Positions 29,355 through 39,587 of a stretch of 64,000 nt of DNA are shown one piece after another. The number at the start of each line of letters is the position of its first letter. Within the stretch, counting starts at the first letter, position 1. The stretch is from Prevotella sp. CAG:1185. GTDB taxonomy: Bacteria; Bacteroidota; Bacteroidia; Bacteroidales; Bacteroidaceae. Below the pieces are notes generated by a model that made no database searches, was not told the DNA's origin, and saw only the letters and a program-made list of their open reading frames with translations. The DNA lies in the NCBI GenBank assembly GCA_000436695.1, contig HF992598.1, positions 6,715 through 70,714 on the forward strand, given 5' to 3'. The position numbers and the translations under genes were made by a program.

Positions 29355-31253
29355 TTAAAACTTGTGCTCATACTTATACACTTTCTCCACAAAGCGGATA
29401 AATGCCATATTGACGAGTTTAACACCTCCAGGGGTTGGATAATTTCCAGTGAAATACCAGTCACCCTTATGATTTGGTATGGCTTCATGCAATCCTTCAA
29501 TTGACTGATATACCAATTCTACAGGTGTTTTCATTCCATTAGGACGGAGCATTTCAACTATTTTCTCATTTATCTCCTCCACCGTGAAAGGCTTGTAAAT
29601 ATCACAAACACAATTCTGCATCTCGTTCTTCGGCTTGAGAATTTCTTCCTTACACTTGTTATATGTATCTTCAATCAGCTGATACATACCGCGTTCCTTC
29701 AGCAATTCGATAGTAGCACGGAATACGCAAAAGTCTTCAAGATTAGGCATATCGATGCCATAATAATCCGGATAGCGGATCTGCGGAGAACTACTTACAA
29801 TAATTATCTTCTTCGGATGCAGTCGGTCAAGTATTTTAAGAATGCTTTCTTTCAGCGTAGTTCCACGTACTATACTGTCATCTATAATGACAAGATTGTC
29901 TACGTAAGGAACAAGCGACTCGTAAGTTACATCATAGACATGCGCAGCAAGATCATTACGCGAAGAGCCTTCAGTAATAAAGGTACGAAGTTTTATATCC
30001 TTCCACGCAACCTTCTCACTACGGACATATTGATGAAGAATCTCTTCAAGCTCCTCATACGAAGGTTTATGGTCCAAATTCCTGATGCGCTCTATTTTCT
30101 GTTCATTTATATAACGCTTAAAGCCACTGAGCATACCGTAAAATGCGACTTCTGCCGTATTAGGTATAAACGAGAACACAGTGTGTTCTGTGTCATAATC
30201 AACGGCCTTAAGTATGGATGTCGTCAGCTGCTCACCAAGTTTTTTACGTTCCTTGTATATGTCTCTGTCTGAACCGCGACTGAAATATATACGCTCGAAT
30301 GAACATTTGGCATCACCCTTCTGTTCAAGAATGCGCTCAATAGAGCTTTCACCATTTTTCTTCACTATCAAAGCACATCCAGGCTCAAGTTCGTTTATTT
30401 CATCACATTCCAGGTCGAATGTTGTCTGAAGCACAGGACGCTCACTTGCAAGAACGATAAATTCGTCGTTTTTATACCAAAAAGCAGGACGTATGCCCCA
30501 TGGATCACGCATTGAAAACATTTCTCCGCTTCCGGTCAATCCGCACATTACATAACCGCCGTCATAGTCAGCCATCGTAGACTTCAACACATTGCTTATC
30601 TTGATGTTGTCTTCTATATAGCGTGTAATGTCCTGATCCTTAAGCCCTTTCTTTTGCCCTTCAATAAAATTACGCTCAACTTCACGGTCAAGTCTGTGGC
30701 CCATGAATTCAAGGGTTATGTAACTGTCGCTGTAAATTCTCGGATATTGGCCTTGCTTAACCAACTTTGCAAATATCTCATCGATATTTGTCATATTGAA
30801 GTTTCCACACAGACACAAGTTCTTTGCACGCCAGTTGTTGCGACGCAGAAAAGGATGAACATAAGAAAGTCCGCTCTTTCCCGTTGTAGAATAGCGCAAA
30901 TGTCCCATATACAATTCACCGGCAAAAGGCAGGTTTCTTTTCGCATAATCGACATCCGAAAGTTGTTGCGGAGTAAGACTTTTAAATTTTTTCTGAACGT
31001 TGCCAAAAATTTCTGTAATGGCATTAGAGCCTTCAGCACGCTCACGGAACATATATTCTGAACCCGGCACAGCGTCAAGATTAACACATGCCATACCTGC
31101 TCCTTCTTGTCCCCTGTTATGCTGTTTCTCCATCATAAGATAGAGTTTGTTTAGCCCAAACATCCACGTTCCGTACTTTTGTTGGTAGTAGTCCAATGGC
31201 TTAAGCAGTCTTACCATTGCAACTCCACATTCATGCTTCAATGGTTCCATCAT
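29355..31253 (-). CDS. Long-form amidophosphoribosyltransferase-like class II (Ntn) glutamine amidotransferase
   Basis: N-terminal propeptide then the Cys nucleophile (MMEPLKHE/CGVAMV), and the PRPP-binding motif LVIIDDSIVRGTT. At 632 aa it is longer than classical PurF. Confidence 0.85.
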   Translation of the reverse strand: MMEPLKHECGVAMVRLLKPLDYYQQKYGTWMFGLNKLYLMMEKQHNRGQEGAGMACVNLDAVPGSEYMFRERAEGSNAITEIFGNVQKKFKSLTPQQLSDVDYAKRNLPFAGELYMGHLRYSTTGKSGLSYVHPFLRRNNWRAKNLCLCGNFNMTNIDEIFAKLVKQGQYPRIYSDSYITLEFMGHRLDREVERNFIEGQKKGLKDQDITRYIEDNIKISNVLKSTMADYDGGYVMCGLTGSGEMFSMRDPWGIRPAFWYKNDEFIVLASERPVLQTTFDLECDEINELEPGCALIVKKNGESSIERILEQKGDAKCSFERIYFSRGSDRDIYKERKKLGEQLTTSILKAVDYDTEHTVFSFIPNTAEVAFYGMLSGFKRYINEQKIERIRNLDHKPSYEELEEILHQYVRSEKVAWKDIKLRTFITEGSSRNDLAAHVYDVTYESLVPYVDNLVIIDDSIVRGTTLKESILKILDRLHPKKIIIVSSSPQIRYPDYYGIDMPNLEDFCVFRATIELLKERGMYQLIEDTYNKCKEEILKPKNEMQNCVCDIYKPFTVEEINEKIVEMLRPNGMKTPVELVYQSIEGLHEAIPNHKGDWYFTGNYPTPGGVKLVNMAFIRFVEKVYKYEHKF

Positions 31254-31355
31254 TATTATTATAATAAATTAAAAAGCTAATTCATAATATGAAAAATCAT
31301 CTGCTTTAACTTAAGATTTCTGATATTATTCTTTAGCTTTCTCATTAATAATATT

Positions 31356-33200
31356 TTATTCAACAGTTACCGATTTTGCCAAATTTCGAGGCTGGTCAAC
31401 ATTTTTACCTTTACAAACAGCTATATGATAAGCCAACAATTGTAACGGTATTGTCGCCAACAATGGTTCTAGACACTCTTCCGTGTCAGGCAACTCGATA
31501 AATTCGTCGGCAATTTTACTAATCGTTTCATCACCTTTCGAAACTAACGCAATGACTTTTCCCTTACGTGCCTTTATTTCCTGTATATTACTCAACACCT
31601 TTTCATACATTGCATTGCGCGTTGCAATAACGACAACAGGCATATCTGAATCGATAAGAGCAATAGGCCCGTGCTTCATTTCTGCTGCAGGATAGCCTTC
31701 GGCGTGTATATAGCTTATCTCCTTCAGCTTCAAAGCACCCTCCAATGCCACAGGATAGCTATAGCCTCTGCCCAAATATAAGAAATTGCGTGCATATGTA
31801 AATATTCTACTTAAAGACGATATTCTGTCATTAAGTTTTAAGGTTTCTTCCATTTTACTTGGAATACCGTTTAAACCTTTTACTATTCGAGTATATTCAT
31901 CCTCACTGACAGTGTTTTTTTCCTTAGCCAAGGCCAAAGCCAACATTGTCAATACAGTAACCTGGCCTGTAAATGCCTTGGTTGACGCAACGCCGATTTC
32001 AGGTCCAACATGTATATATGAACCTGTATCCGTTGCACGAGGTATACTTGAACCAATAGCATTACAAATGCCATAAATAAACGCGCCATGCTGTTTTGCC
32101 AATTTTACCGCAGCCAAAGTGTCGGCCGTCTCACCACTCTGTGATATGGCAATGACAACATCATTACTTGTTACAACAGGATTTCTATATCTGAACTCGC
32201 TCGCGTATTCTACCTCGACAGGTATACGGCAAAGACTTTCGATGATTTGTTTTCCTATCAGACCGGCATGCCATGAAGTTCCGCATGCCACAATTATAAT
32301 ACGCTTAGCTGAAAGCAAGCGCTCCTTATAATCAATAACAGCACTTAATGTAACGTTGGTAGCCTCAACATTCACACGGCCACGCATACAATTCTTTATA
32401 CATTCAGGCTGTTCAAAAATCTCTTTCAGCATAAAATGCGGGAAGCCGCCTTTTTCAATCTGCCCTAAATCAAGGTCTACAGTCTGAATTTTCTGAAAGA
32501 GTTCTCTATTTAATATATCAACGACCTTAAGACTTTCGCCACGCTTCATTACGGCAATACTGCCATCCTCAAGATAAGCCACCTTATCTGTATATTCCAC
32601 AATTGGACTTGCGTCTGATGCAAGAAAGAACTCATCATCGGCGACGCCAATGACCAAAGGACTTTGCTTGCAGGCTGCAATTATCTGGTCAGGCTCACGC
32701 TTGTCAAGAAGTGCTATCGAATATGCTCCGATTACTTCATGAAGTGCTACCTGAACAGAAGACAGAAGGTCTAGATTTTTCTTATTTTGTATATATTCAA
32801 TAAGCTGGACCAACACTTCCGTATCAGTATCCGAGCGGAAGGTAAGCCCTTTTGACTGAAGTTTCTTCTTCAAGTCAGCATAATTTTCTATTATTCCGTT
32901 GTGAATAATAGCAAGATTCTTTGATTCAGAATAATGTGGATGTGCGTTAATGGAAGAAGGCTCACCATGAGTAGCCCATCGTGTATGAGCAATACCCACG
33001 GTACCCGATATATCTTTGTCTTTACAAAATAAATCTAAGTCCTTTACCTTACCCTTTGTCTTATATACATTCAGCCCACCGTCTGAATTAAGCAAAGCCA
33101 GGCCGGCACTATCGTATCCGCGATACTCCAGTCTACCCAAGCCCTTAATCAAAACCGGGTAAGCATCTTTTTTTCCTATATAACCAACAATTCCACACAT
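31356..33200 (-). CDS. glmS: Glutamine--fructose-6-phosphate transaminase (isomerising)
   Basis: MCGIVGY N-terminus (start taken at the third codon of the ORF), two SIS domains, and a C-terminal ...PRNLAKSVTVE. Confidence 0.97.
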   Translation of the reverse strand: MCGIVGYIGKKDAYPVLIKGLGRLEYRGYDSAGLALLNSDGGLNVYKTKGKVKDLDLFCKDKDISGTVGIAHTRWATHGEPSSINAHPHYSESKNLAIIHNGIIENYADLKKKLQSKGLTFRSDTDTEVLVQLIEYIQNKKNLDLLSSVQVALHEVIGAYSIALLDKREPDQIIAACKQSPLVIGVADDEFFLASDASPIVEYTDKVAYLEDGSIAVMKRGESLKVVDILNRELFQKIQTVDLDLGQIEKGGFPHFMLKEIFEQPECIKNCMRGRVNVEATNVTLSAVIDYKERLLSAKRIIIVACGTSWHAGLIGKQIIESLCRIPVEVEYASEFRYRNPVVTSNDVVIAISQSGETADTLAAVKLAKQHGAFIYGICNAIGSSIPRATDTGSYIHVGPEIGVASTKAFTGQVTVLTMLALALAKEKNTVSEDEYTRIVKGLNGIPSKMEETLKLNDRISSLSRIFTYARNFLYLGRGYSYPVALEGALKLKEISYIHAEGYPAAEMKHGPIALIDSDMPVVVIATRNAMYEKVLSNIQEIKARKGKVIALVSKGDETISKIADEFIELPDTEECLEPLLATIPLQLLAYHIAVCKGKNVDQPRNLAKSVTVE

Positions 33201-33207
33201 AATCAAA

Positions 33208-34005
33208 CTACTTCAACACATTAACCATCAATGAAGCTACAGATGTCAGAATGCTGACCACCGAGAACCATATTGTAGTACTTGAACCTATAGCTGAGTT
33301 TCTAGCCTGAACGCTGTTTGGCTCAACATACAGATAATCATTCTGCTGAAGATAATAATATGGAGAATTTATCAGGTTAGCATCGTTGAGGTTAAGTCTA
33401 TGAACAGACTTCTCGCCTGTTTCATCCTCGCGTATCAGCAACACATTTCCGCGCTTACCATAAATTGTAAGGTCACCAGCTCTTGCCAAAGCCTCAATAA
33501 CACTGATTTTTTCCTGATCAACATTAAATACGCCGGGCGACTTCACCTCACCGGCAACAGTAACCTTAAAGCTGGCCATCTTAACAGTTACGATAGGATT
33601 TTCCGTTTTAGACATATACGGAAGAATCTTCTCGCATATATAATTTTCACATTGTCTTTTTGTCATTCCTCCAACTTTCAATCGTCCGACAACAGGGAAA
33701 TTAATATATCCGTCATTGTCAACAAGATAAGTCTGCAAAGCTACAGATCCGGTTGACAAGCTACCTGTCGCATTAAGAGTGTTGGTTACAGAAAGGTTAA
33801 AAGGCGTTGCAGCCTTTGGATCCGTTGTGCTGACAGTTATCGTCAATAAGTCTTTTGGCATAATTCTTGCGTCGAACAAACCTTTTGATGCCGCATAGTT
33901 CAATGAATCTGCATTCTGGAAATAAGCAATCTGCTTACTGCTTCCACAACTTCCTAAAGTAAGGCACAAAACGGCCAAAACTATAAAAAAAAGATTTCTT
34001 TTCAT
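33208..34005 (-). CDS. Wza-like polysaccharide export outer-membrane lipoprotein (OPX family)
   Basis: Lipobox LTLGSCGS and a Poly_export/SLBB-type sequence (ARIMPKDLLTITVST...PVVGRLKVGGMT...). The start is taken at MKRNLFF because a -7 box at 34038-34045 lies inside the longer ORF. Confidence 0.8.
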   Translation of the reverse strand: MKRNLFFIVLAVLCLTLGSCGSSKQIAYFQNADSLNYAASKGLFDARIMPKDLLTITVSTTDPKAATPFNLSVTNTLNATGSLSTGSVALQTYLVDNDGYINFPVVGRLKVGGMTKRQCENYICEKILPYMSKTENPIVTVKMASFKVTVAGEVKSPGVFNVDQEKISVIEALARAGDLTIYGKRGNVLLIREDETGEKSVHRLNLNDANLINSPYYYLQQNDYLYVEPNSVQARNSAIGSSTTIWFSVVSILTSVASLMVNVLK

Positions 34006-34037
34006 ATTACACATGTGACGTATATCGTAAAACTTTG

Positions 34038-34045
34038 CAAAAATA
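34038..34045 (-). promoter_or_regulatory. -7 box TATTTTTG for the Wza-like gene
   Basis: Plus-strand caaaaata is TATTTTTG on the minus strand, 33 nt upstream of the ATG at 34005. Confidence 0.45.
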
Positions 34046-34326
34046 CTTCTATTTTTTGATATTGGCAAATATTTCTATAATTAAATAGACAAACTGAAAT
34101 TCATACACCTAGCCACTAAGCATTCATCAATGCTATATTTTTGTGTTTATTTCTGATATTTTGAATTTACAGATTAAGAAACAGACATTCATCTGCCCTT
34201 TCATCTTATGCTTTTTCAACTGCAGGCAATATAAATTGTCATAACCGTCATGTATATATATCGATAAAAGCCTCTCTTGCAAAACGTTAATGTTAAGCAA
34301 AAGAGGCTTCATTTATTTATTCAAAA

Positions 34327-35730
34327 TTAAAATTTGAAATAGTTCTTTGCATTGTTATAGCTGATATCTTCAACCATGCGATACAAGCTTTCTTTGTCAT
34401 CAGGCAGCAATCCTTTCTCAACATCGTTTCCGAGAAGGTTGCAAAGCAGACGACGGAAATACTCATGGCGAGGATAAGACAAGAACGAACGGCTGTCTGT
34501 AAGCATTCCGACGAAACGGCTCAAGAGACCGAGAACTGACAAAGCATTCATCTGTTTTGTCATACCATCAAGCTGGTCATTGAACCACCATCCGCTACCA
34601 AACTGTATCTTGCCCGGGCATGAGCCGTCCTGGAAGTTACCAAGCATTGTGGCTATAACCTCGTTGGCACACGGATTCAATGTATATAATATTGTACGTG
34701 TAAGCTTTCCTTCTGAATTGAGATGATCGAGGAAATGGCTCATTGCCTTTGCCGTGTTAAACTCACCAATAGAATCGAATCCTGTATCCGGTCCAAGTTT
34801 CTTAAACATCAGGCTGTTATTGTCGCGTATTGCACCATAGTGATACTGCTGTGTCCAGTCGCTTGCATAATCCATCTCGGCAAAGATAACAAGCATGCAA
34901 TGTTTAAACTGACGCACCTCCTGAGCTGACAGCTGCTGTCCACGCATGGCTTTTTCAAATATTATCTCTATCTGGCTGTCTGTGTAAGGCTCGTCATAGA
35001 ACTCCTCGATTCCGTGGTCGGACAGACGGCAACCATTCTCATGGAAGAAGTCATGACGTTTCTGTAAAGCGTCAATCATATCCTGGAATTTAGAGATTGT
35101 AACTCCTGCAACCTCGCCAAGCTTAGTTACATATTCGGCAAAATTCTTTGTATTGTCAACTGCCATAGCCTTGTCAGGTCTCCAGGCAGGAATCATCTTA
35201 ATTTCAAATCCGCTCTCACGAGTCTGCTTATGATATCTCAAATCATCGATAGGATCATCCGTTGTACATACGCACTCTACATTATAACGGCGCATAAATC
35301 CTCTTGCAGTATATCCAGGCTGCTGGAGTTTCTCATTACATTCGTCATAAATCTCTCTTGCTGTTTTAGGACTAAGAAGTTTGTCTATACCGAAAGCTGT
35401 TTTAAGCTCAAGATGTGTCCAATGATAAAGCGGATTTCTGAATGTATATGGAACAGTCTCAGCCCATTTTTCAAACTTCTCCCAGTCACTGGTTTCTGTT
35501 CCTGTACAGTATTTTTCAGGAACGCCGTTAGTACGCATTGCACGCCATTTATAATGGTCTCCGCCAAGCCACAGCTCTGTAATGCTTTTGAACTTGTGGT
35601 CATTGGCAACCATTTCCGGAATCAAATGACAATGGTAATCGATAATAGGCATTTTGGCTGCGTGATTATGAAATAGATCCTGAGCAGTAGTTGTTTCTAG
35701 CAGGAAGTTTTCATCCATAAATTTTTTCAT
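34327..35730 (-). CDS. uxaC: Glucuronate isomerase
   Basis: MKKFMDENFLLETTTAQDLFHNHAAKMPIIDYHCHL is the classical UxaC N-terminus. 467 aa. Confidence 0.92.
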   Translation of the reverse strand: MKKFMDENFLLETTTAQDLFHNHAAKMPIIDYHCHLIPEMVANDHKFKSITELWLGGDHYKWRAMRTNGVPEKYCTGTETSDWEKFEKWAETVPYTFRNPLYHWTHLELKTAFGIDKLLSPKTAREIYDECNEKLQQPGYTARGFMRRYNVECVCTTDDPIDDLRYHKQTRESGFEIKMIPAWRPDKAMAVDNTKNFAEYVTKLGEVAGVTISKFQDMIDALQKRHDFFHENGCRLSDHGIEEFYDEPYTDSQIEIIFEKAMRGQQLSAQEVRQFKHCMLVIFAEMDYASDWTQQYHYGAIRDNNSLMFKKLGPDTGFDSIGEFNTAKAMSHFLDHLNSEGKLTRTILYTLNPCANEVIATMLGNFQDGSCPGKIQFGSGWWFNDQLDGMTKQMNALSVLGLLSRFVGMLTDSRSFLSYPRHEYFRRLLCNLLGNDVEKGLLPDDKESLYRMVEDISYNNAKNYFKF

Positions 35731-35829
35731 GTTTGTTTTTATTTAAAAGCGTTAATTATAAATTTTAATTTATCCTAATTTATTTATGCAAATATACAGC
35801 ATTTTTTTTGATTTCATATTATTTTAAAT

Positions 35830-35837
35830 TATATTTG
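35830..35837 (+). promoter_or_regulatory. -7 box TATATTTG upstream of ansA
   Basis: Exact TAnnTTTG match 53 nt upstream of the ATG at 35890. Confidence 0.5.
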
Positions 35838-35889
35838 CACAAAATAAAAGTCATAAACGATGTCGGTATAAGATTAATTAATATCAGCC

Positions 35890-36933
35890 ATGTCAAAAAT
35901 AACAAGAACAAACCGAGTTTTGCTAATATACACAGGTGGCACAATTGGTATGGGTAAGAACCCTGATACGGGAGTTTTGGAACCATTGGACTTCAACCAC
36001 CTTGTGAGTTGTCTGCCCGAATTTTCAATGTTGAGGACAGGAGTTGAAACATATCAATTCACACAGCCGATTGATTCAAGCGACATGTCACCACGATTTT
36101 GGTCACAACTTGTAAGAATCATAGCTGAGCGATATGATCAATATGACGGCTTTGTCATTCTTCACGGAACAGACACGATGGCTTATACAGCATCAGCGCT
36201 TTCATTTATGCTTGAAAACCTGACAAAACCGGTAGTGCTCACTGGAAGCCAGTTGCCTATAAACCAACTGCGCACAGACGGCAAGGAAAATCTTATCACG
36301 AGCATTGAGATTGCATCAGCTTCACACCCTGACGGCACAGCCATGGTGCCTGAAGTATGTATATATTTCAGCGGCAAACTGCTACGAGGAAACAGATCGA
36401 CAAAAACAAATGCCGACGGATTTAATGCCTTTGAATCTTTCAACTTTCCTCACCTTGCCGAAGCCGGTGTAAACATCATCTATCATGAAGAATATATCTT
36501 AAAGCCCGACTACAGCAAGCCTATGATTCCTCACACGGCAATAGACCCCAATGTAGTAGTGTTCTCACTATTTCCCGGCTTGCAAGAAAAGATTATACAC
36601 CACGTACTTGAAGCTCCCGAACTGAGGTCGATTGTAATGAGAAGCTTCGGAAGCGGAAATGCCCCTAAGGCATCTTGGCTTATCAGAACATTAAAACAGG
36701 CCAGTCTCCGCGGGGTTACAATTGTAAACATAAGCCAATGCCTGGCAGGAACTGTTGAAATGACAAGATATGACACAGGCTACAGGCTAAAGAGCACGGG
36801 CGTCATAAGCGGATATGACAGCACGGTTGAATGTGCCGTAACAAAACTTATGTGCCTTCAGGCAAGATTTACAGACTCTAAAATTGTAAGAAATTACATG
36901 AATCGTGCACTATGCGGCGAAATAACAATTTAA
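35890..36933 (+). CDS. ansA: Type I (cytoplasmic) L-asparaginase
   Basis: Active-site motifs IYTGGTIGM and ILHGTDTMAYTA. Confidence 0.88.
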   Translation: MSKITRTNRVLLIYTGGTIGMGKNPDTGVLEPLDFNHLVSCLPEFSMLRTGVETYQFTQPIDSSDMSPRFWSQLVRIIAERYDQYDGFVILHGTDTMAYTASALSFMLENLTKPVVLTGSQLPINQLRTDGKENLITSIEIASASHPDGTAMVPEVCIYFSGKLLRGNRSTKTNADGFNAFESFNFPHLAEAGVNIIYHEEYILKPDYSKPMIPHTAIDPNVVVFSLFPGLQEKIIHHVLEAPELRSIVMRSFGSGNAPKASWLIRTLKQASLRGVTIVNISQCLAGTVEMTRYDTGYRLKSTGVISGYDSTVECAVTKLMCLQARFTDSKIVRNYMNRALCGEITI

Positions 36934-36977
36934 ATATAAAAAAGTATAACAAAGTTGTACGTTTCAAATTTATTGAA

Positions 36978-36985
36978 TATCTTTG
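36978..36985 (+). promoter_or_regulatory. -7 box TATCTTTG upstream of rubrerythrin
   Basis: Exact TAnnTTTG match about 115 nt upstream of the ATG at 37101. Confidence 0.45.
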
Positions 36986-37100
36986 CCAAAAGTAATTGCC
37001 ATGGGCGAAACTTCAAAAGACATCACCACATGGACATTGCAAGTTAAATAAAAATATTAAAAAATCTGCTTATTAAAGACAATTAAAAAACAAAAAGATT

Positions 37101-37643
37101 ATGAAAGAGTTAAAAGGAACAAAGACCGAAAAGAATCTTCAGGAAGCATTTGCAGGCGAGTCAATGGCACGCAACAAGTATACTTATTTTGCATCAAAGG
37201 CAAAAAAGGACGGATATGTACAGATTGCTGCTATATTTGAAGAGACTGCAAAGAATGAACAAGAGCATGCTAAACTATGGTATAAATATCTGAACGGAAA
37301 CAAGATTAACGGTACAGAGGCTAACCTTGCTGACGCTGCTGCCGGCGAGAACTTCGAATGGACAGACATGTATGCCCGCATGGCAAAAGAAGCCCGTGAA
37401 GAAGGATTCGACGAAATAGCTGCTAAATTTGAAGGTGTTGCTGAAATTGAGAAGCATCACGAGGAGCGCTATCGCAAACTGTTGAAGAACGTTCAGGACA
37501 AGCAGGTATTCTCTAAAGACGGCGACTGCATCTGGCAGTGCTCTAACTGCGGTCACATCGTTATCGGCAAAGAGGCTCCTAGCGTATGCCCGGTTTGCAG
37601 CCACGCACAGAGCTATTTCCAGATTGAAGCAAGAAACTATTAA
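37101..37643 (+). CDS. rbr: Rubrerythrin
   Basis: Di-iron ExxH motifs (EQEH, EKHH) and a C-terminal rubredoxin-like CSNCG...CPVCS. Confidence 0.93.
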   Translation: MKELKGTKTEKNLQEAFAGESMARNKYTYFASKAKKDGYVQIAAIFEETAKNEQEHAKLWYKYLNGNKINGTEANLADAAAGENFEWTDMYARMAKEAREEGFDEIAAKFEGVAEIEKHHEERYRKLLKNVQDKQVFSKDGDCIWQCSNCGHIVIGKEAPSVCPVCSHAQSYFQIEARNY

Positions 37644-37667
37644 TTTAGTCATAGCGAAATAACTTAT

Positions 37668-37712
37668 AAAATGGAGACTTAAGGTGTGTTTACCTTATGT
37701 CTCCATTTTTTT
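37668..37712 (+). terminator. Intrinsic terminator of rubrerythrin
   Basis: atggagac (37671-78) / gtctccat (37699-706), with inner stem taaggt/acctta, followed by ttttttt. Confidence 0.85.
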
Positions 37713-37920
37713 GTATACAAAACAGACATAATATAAATATCTGAGATGAGACGCGGTTAATGGTTATGCATATATTTCGGTATTAAATTTTAAAGGATAA
37801 AAATATCATGCAGTAACACACAATTACTCAACAAACATTATACGCTCTATCCGCTAAACATTAATGACCCGCACAAAATCGTAATGCGAAAAATAGGACA
37901 AAATAAGAAAACTCGATTAT

Positions 37921-37943
37921 TTTAACGCTCCCAGAACAGGCAT
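37921..37943 (+). repeat. Anchor motif copy (tttaacgctcccagaacaggcat)
   Basis: Matches 61382-61404 (gttaaggcctccagaacaggcat) at about 20 of 23 positions. Family-B-like units follow about 140 nt downstream at 38082-38126. Confidence 0.6.
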
Positions 37944-38470
37944 GCTGTTCATACAGTCATACTTTTGGCAGAATTAGCAAAAAACACGGTGTTATAGTTA
38001 AGTATCTATAAATCAACACATTATAAAGAAAAGTATATCGACATCAATTTGTTAAATTACGTTACTCTATCGTTTATGTATCAAAAGTGGCCGCTTTATG
38101 ATGCACAAACGGCAGGTTAACTATATACAAACCATTGAACAAAACAGCAAATGTAGTAAGTTTTCAGGTAAAAGCCATGCAACTACGTGAATATGTCTTA
38201 ATATTCAGCTCATAAATTCAGCACAAATAAACATCCGTTAACACAGACATTTCTAGAATGGAGAAAACTCATGTCATGATTTTTTACGGAAAAGCAGAAC
38301 AGACAACATGTAAGCCCGAATTAACGCATTGAATTAAGACTATATTTCAAAAAGGCCTAACAGCAACAGACAACAGCCACAAAAAAAATAACACTTACCG
38401 ACAAAGTCAGCCATGATGCGATCAAAACAAACATTATGACACAGAGAATATATGTTTATATATATAGACA

Positions 38471-38513
38471 AAAAAACGCATCGGGAGCCGAAAAAAGGCC
38501 CGATGCGTTTTTT
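38471..38513. terminator. Bidirectional hairpin downstream of dapA
   Basis: aaaaaa-cgcatcggg (38477-85) / cccgatgcg (38499-507)-tttttt. The A-run and T-run flank the stem symmetrically. Confidence 0.7.
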
Positions 38514-38604
38514 GTTTTGCCTGTCTGCAACAACAGTCAAAAGATTTGTCGTTTGCGTTTGGTATTATTCAAAAGACATAAATTTCAATTTTATATAATT
38601 ACAG

Positions 38605-39486
38605 TTATAGTCTGAACTTCAGGCAATCGCTAATTTTCTGCATTGTCGTAAGACGTGTAGGCACAAGCGGAAGCCTCAACACATTCTCTATCATGCCCAT
38701 TTCATGAAGCATCGCTTTCACTCCGGCAGGATTACCGTCAACAAACAGAAGATTAAACAGGTCAGTAAAACGATGATGTATCTTTCTAGCACTGTCTATT
38801 TCACCGTTCTTCTCAAGCCTTATCATACGTGAAAACTCTTTCGGAAGAGCATTTCCTATAACAGATATTACACCGACAGCACCACATGCTATCATCGGGA
38901 ACGTCAGTGCGTCGTCACCGCTGATGACATCAAAGTCATCAGGCTTGTTCTTAATAATTTCATCCACCTGTTCAAGGCTTCCACTTGCCTCTTTCACGGC
39001 AACGATGTTGTCACAGTCGCGTGCGAGACGCACTGTTGTCTCTGCCTTTAGGTTTACACCTGTACGTCCCGGTACATTATATAACACAACGGGTAACTTT
39101 GTTGCACCGGCAATAGCCTTAAAGTGCTGATAAAGTCCCTCCTGTGAAGGCTTGTTATAATAAGGGCATACGCTCAGTACACCGTCTATACCAGAAAAGT
39201 CAGCAGTCTTAAGCTCATTCACAACTTCGGCAGTATTGTTACCTCCACAGCCCATAAGGATAGGAACCTTGTCGCCCACTTTCTCAACAACAAGTTCCTT
39301 TATACGCTGTTTCTCCTCTTTTGTCAGAGTCGGGGTCTCACCCGTAGTAGCCAAGATACAGAAGAAATCTGCACCATTTTTCAGTTGATAGTCTAACAAT
39401 CGGCCCAATGTGACATAGTCAACCGAGCCATCCGAACTAAATGGTGTTATCAGGGCAATGCCTAAGCCTTTGAATATGTTTTGCAT
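38605..39486 (-). CDS. dapA: 4-hydroxy-tetrahydrodipicolinate synthase
   Basis: GIALITPF...ATTGE...YNVPGRTG...AVKEASG, the conserved DapA motifs including the Schiff-base lysine context. Confidence 0.93.
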   Translation of the reverse strand: MQNIFKGLGIALITPFSSDGSVDYVTLGRLLDYQLKNGADFFCILATTGETPTLTKEEKQRIKELVVEKVGDKVPILMGCGGNNTAEVVNELKTADFSGIDGVLSVCPYYNKPSQEGLYQHFKAIAGATKLPVVLYNVPGRTGVNLKAETTVRLARDCDNIVAVKEASGSLEQVDEIIKNKPDDFDVISGDDALTFPMIACGAVGVISVIGNALPKEFSRMIRLEKNGEIDSARKIHHRFTDLFNLLFVDGNPAGVKAMLHEMGMIENVLRLPLVPTRLTTMQKISDCLKFRL

Positions 39487-39587
39487 AATAATATGTATTT
39501 CTTCTTATAATTGTATGCAAAAATACGATTTTTACGTCAAAACGCAAAATAAAACTCACTATTTTATAAACATCTTACATTTAGACA

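Noticed and set aside
38340-38540. 66-aa minus-strand ORF in the rubrerythrin-dapA intergenic region
   Set aside because: It spans the bidirectional terminator hairpin, has an implausible composition, and has no promoter or family signal.
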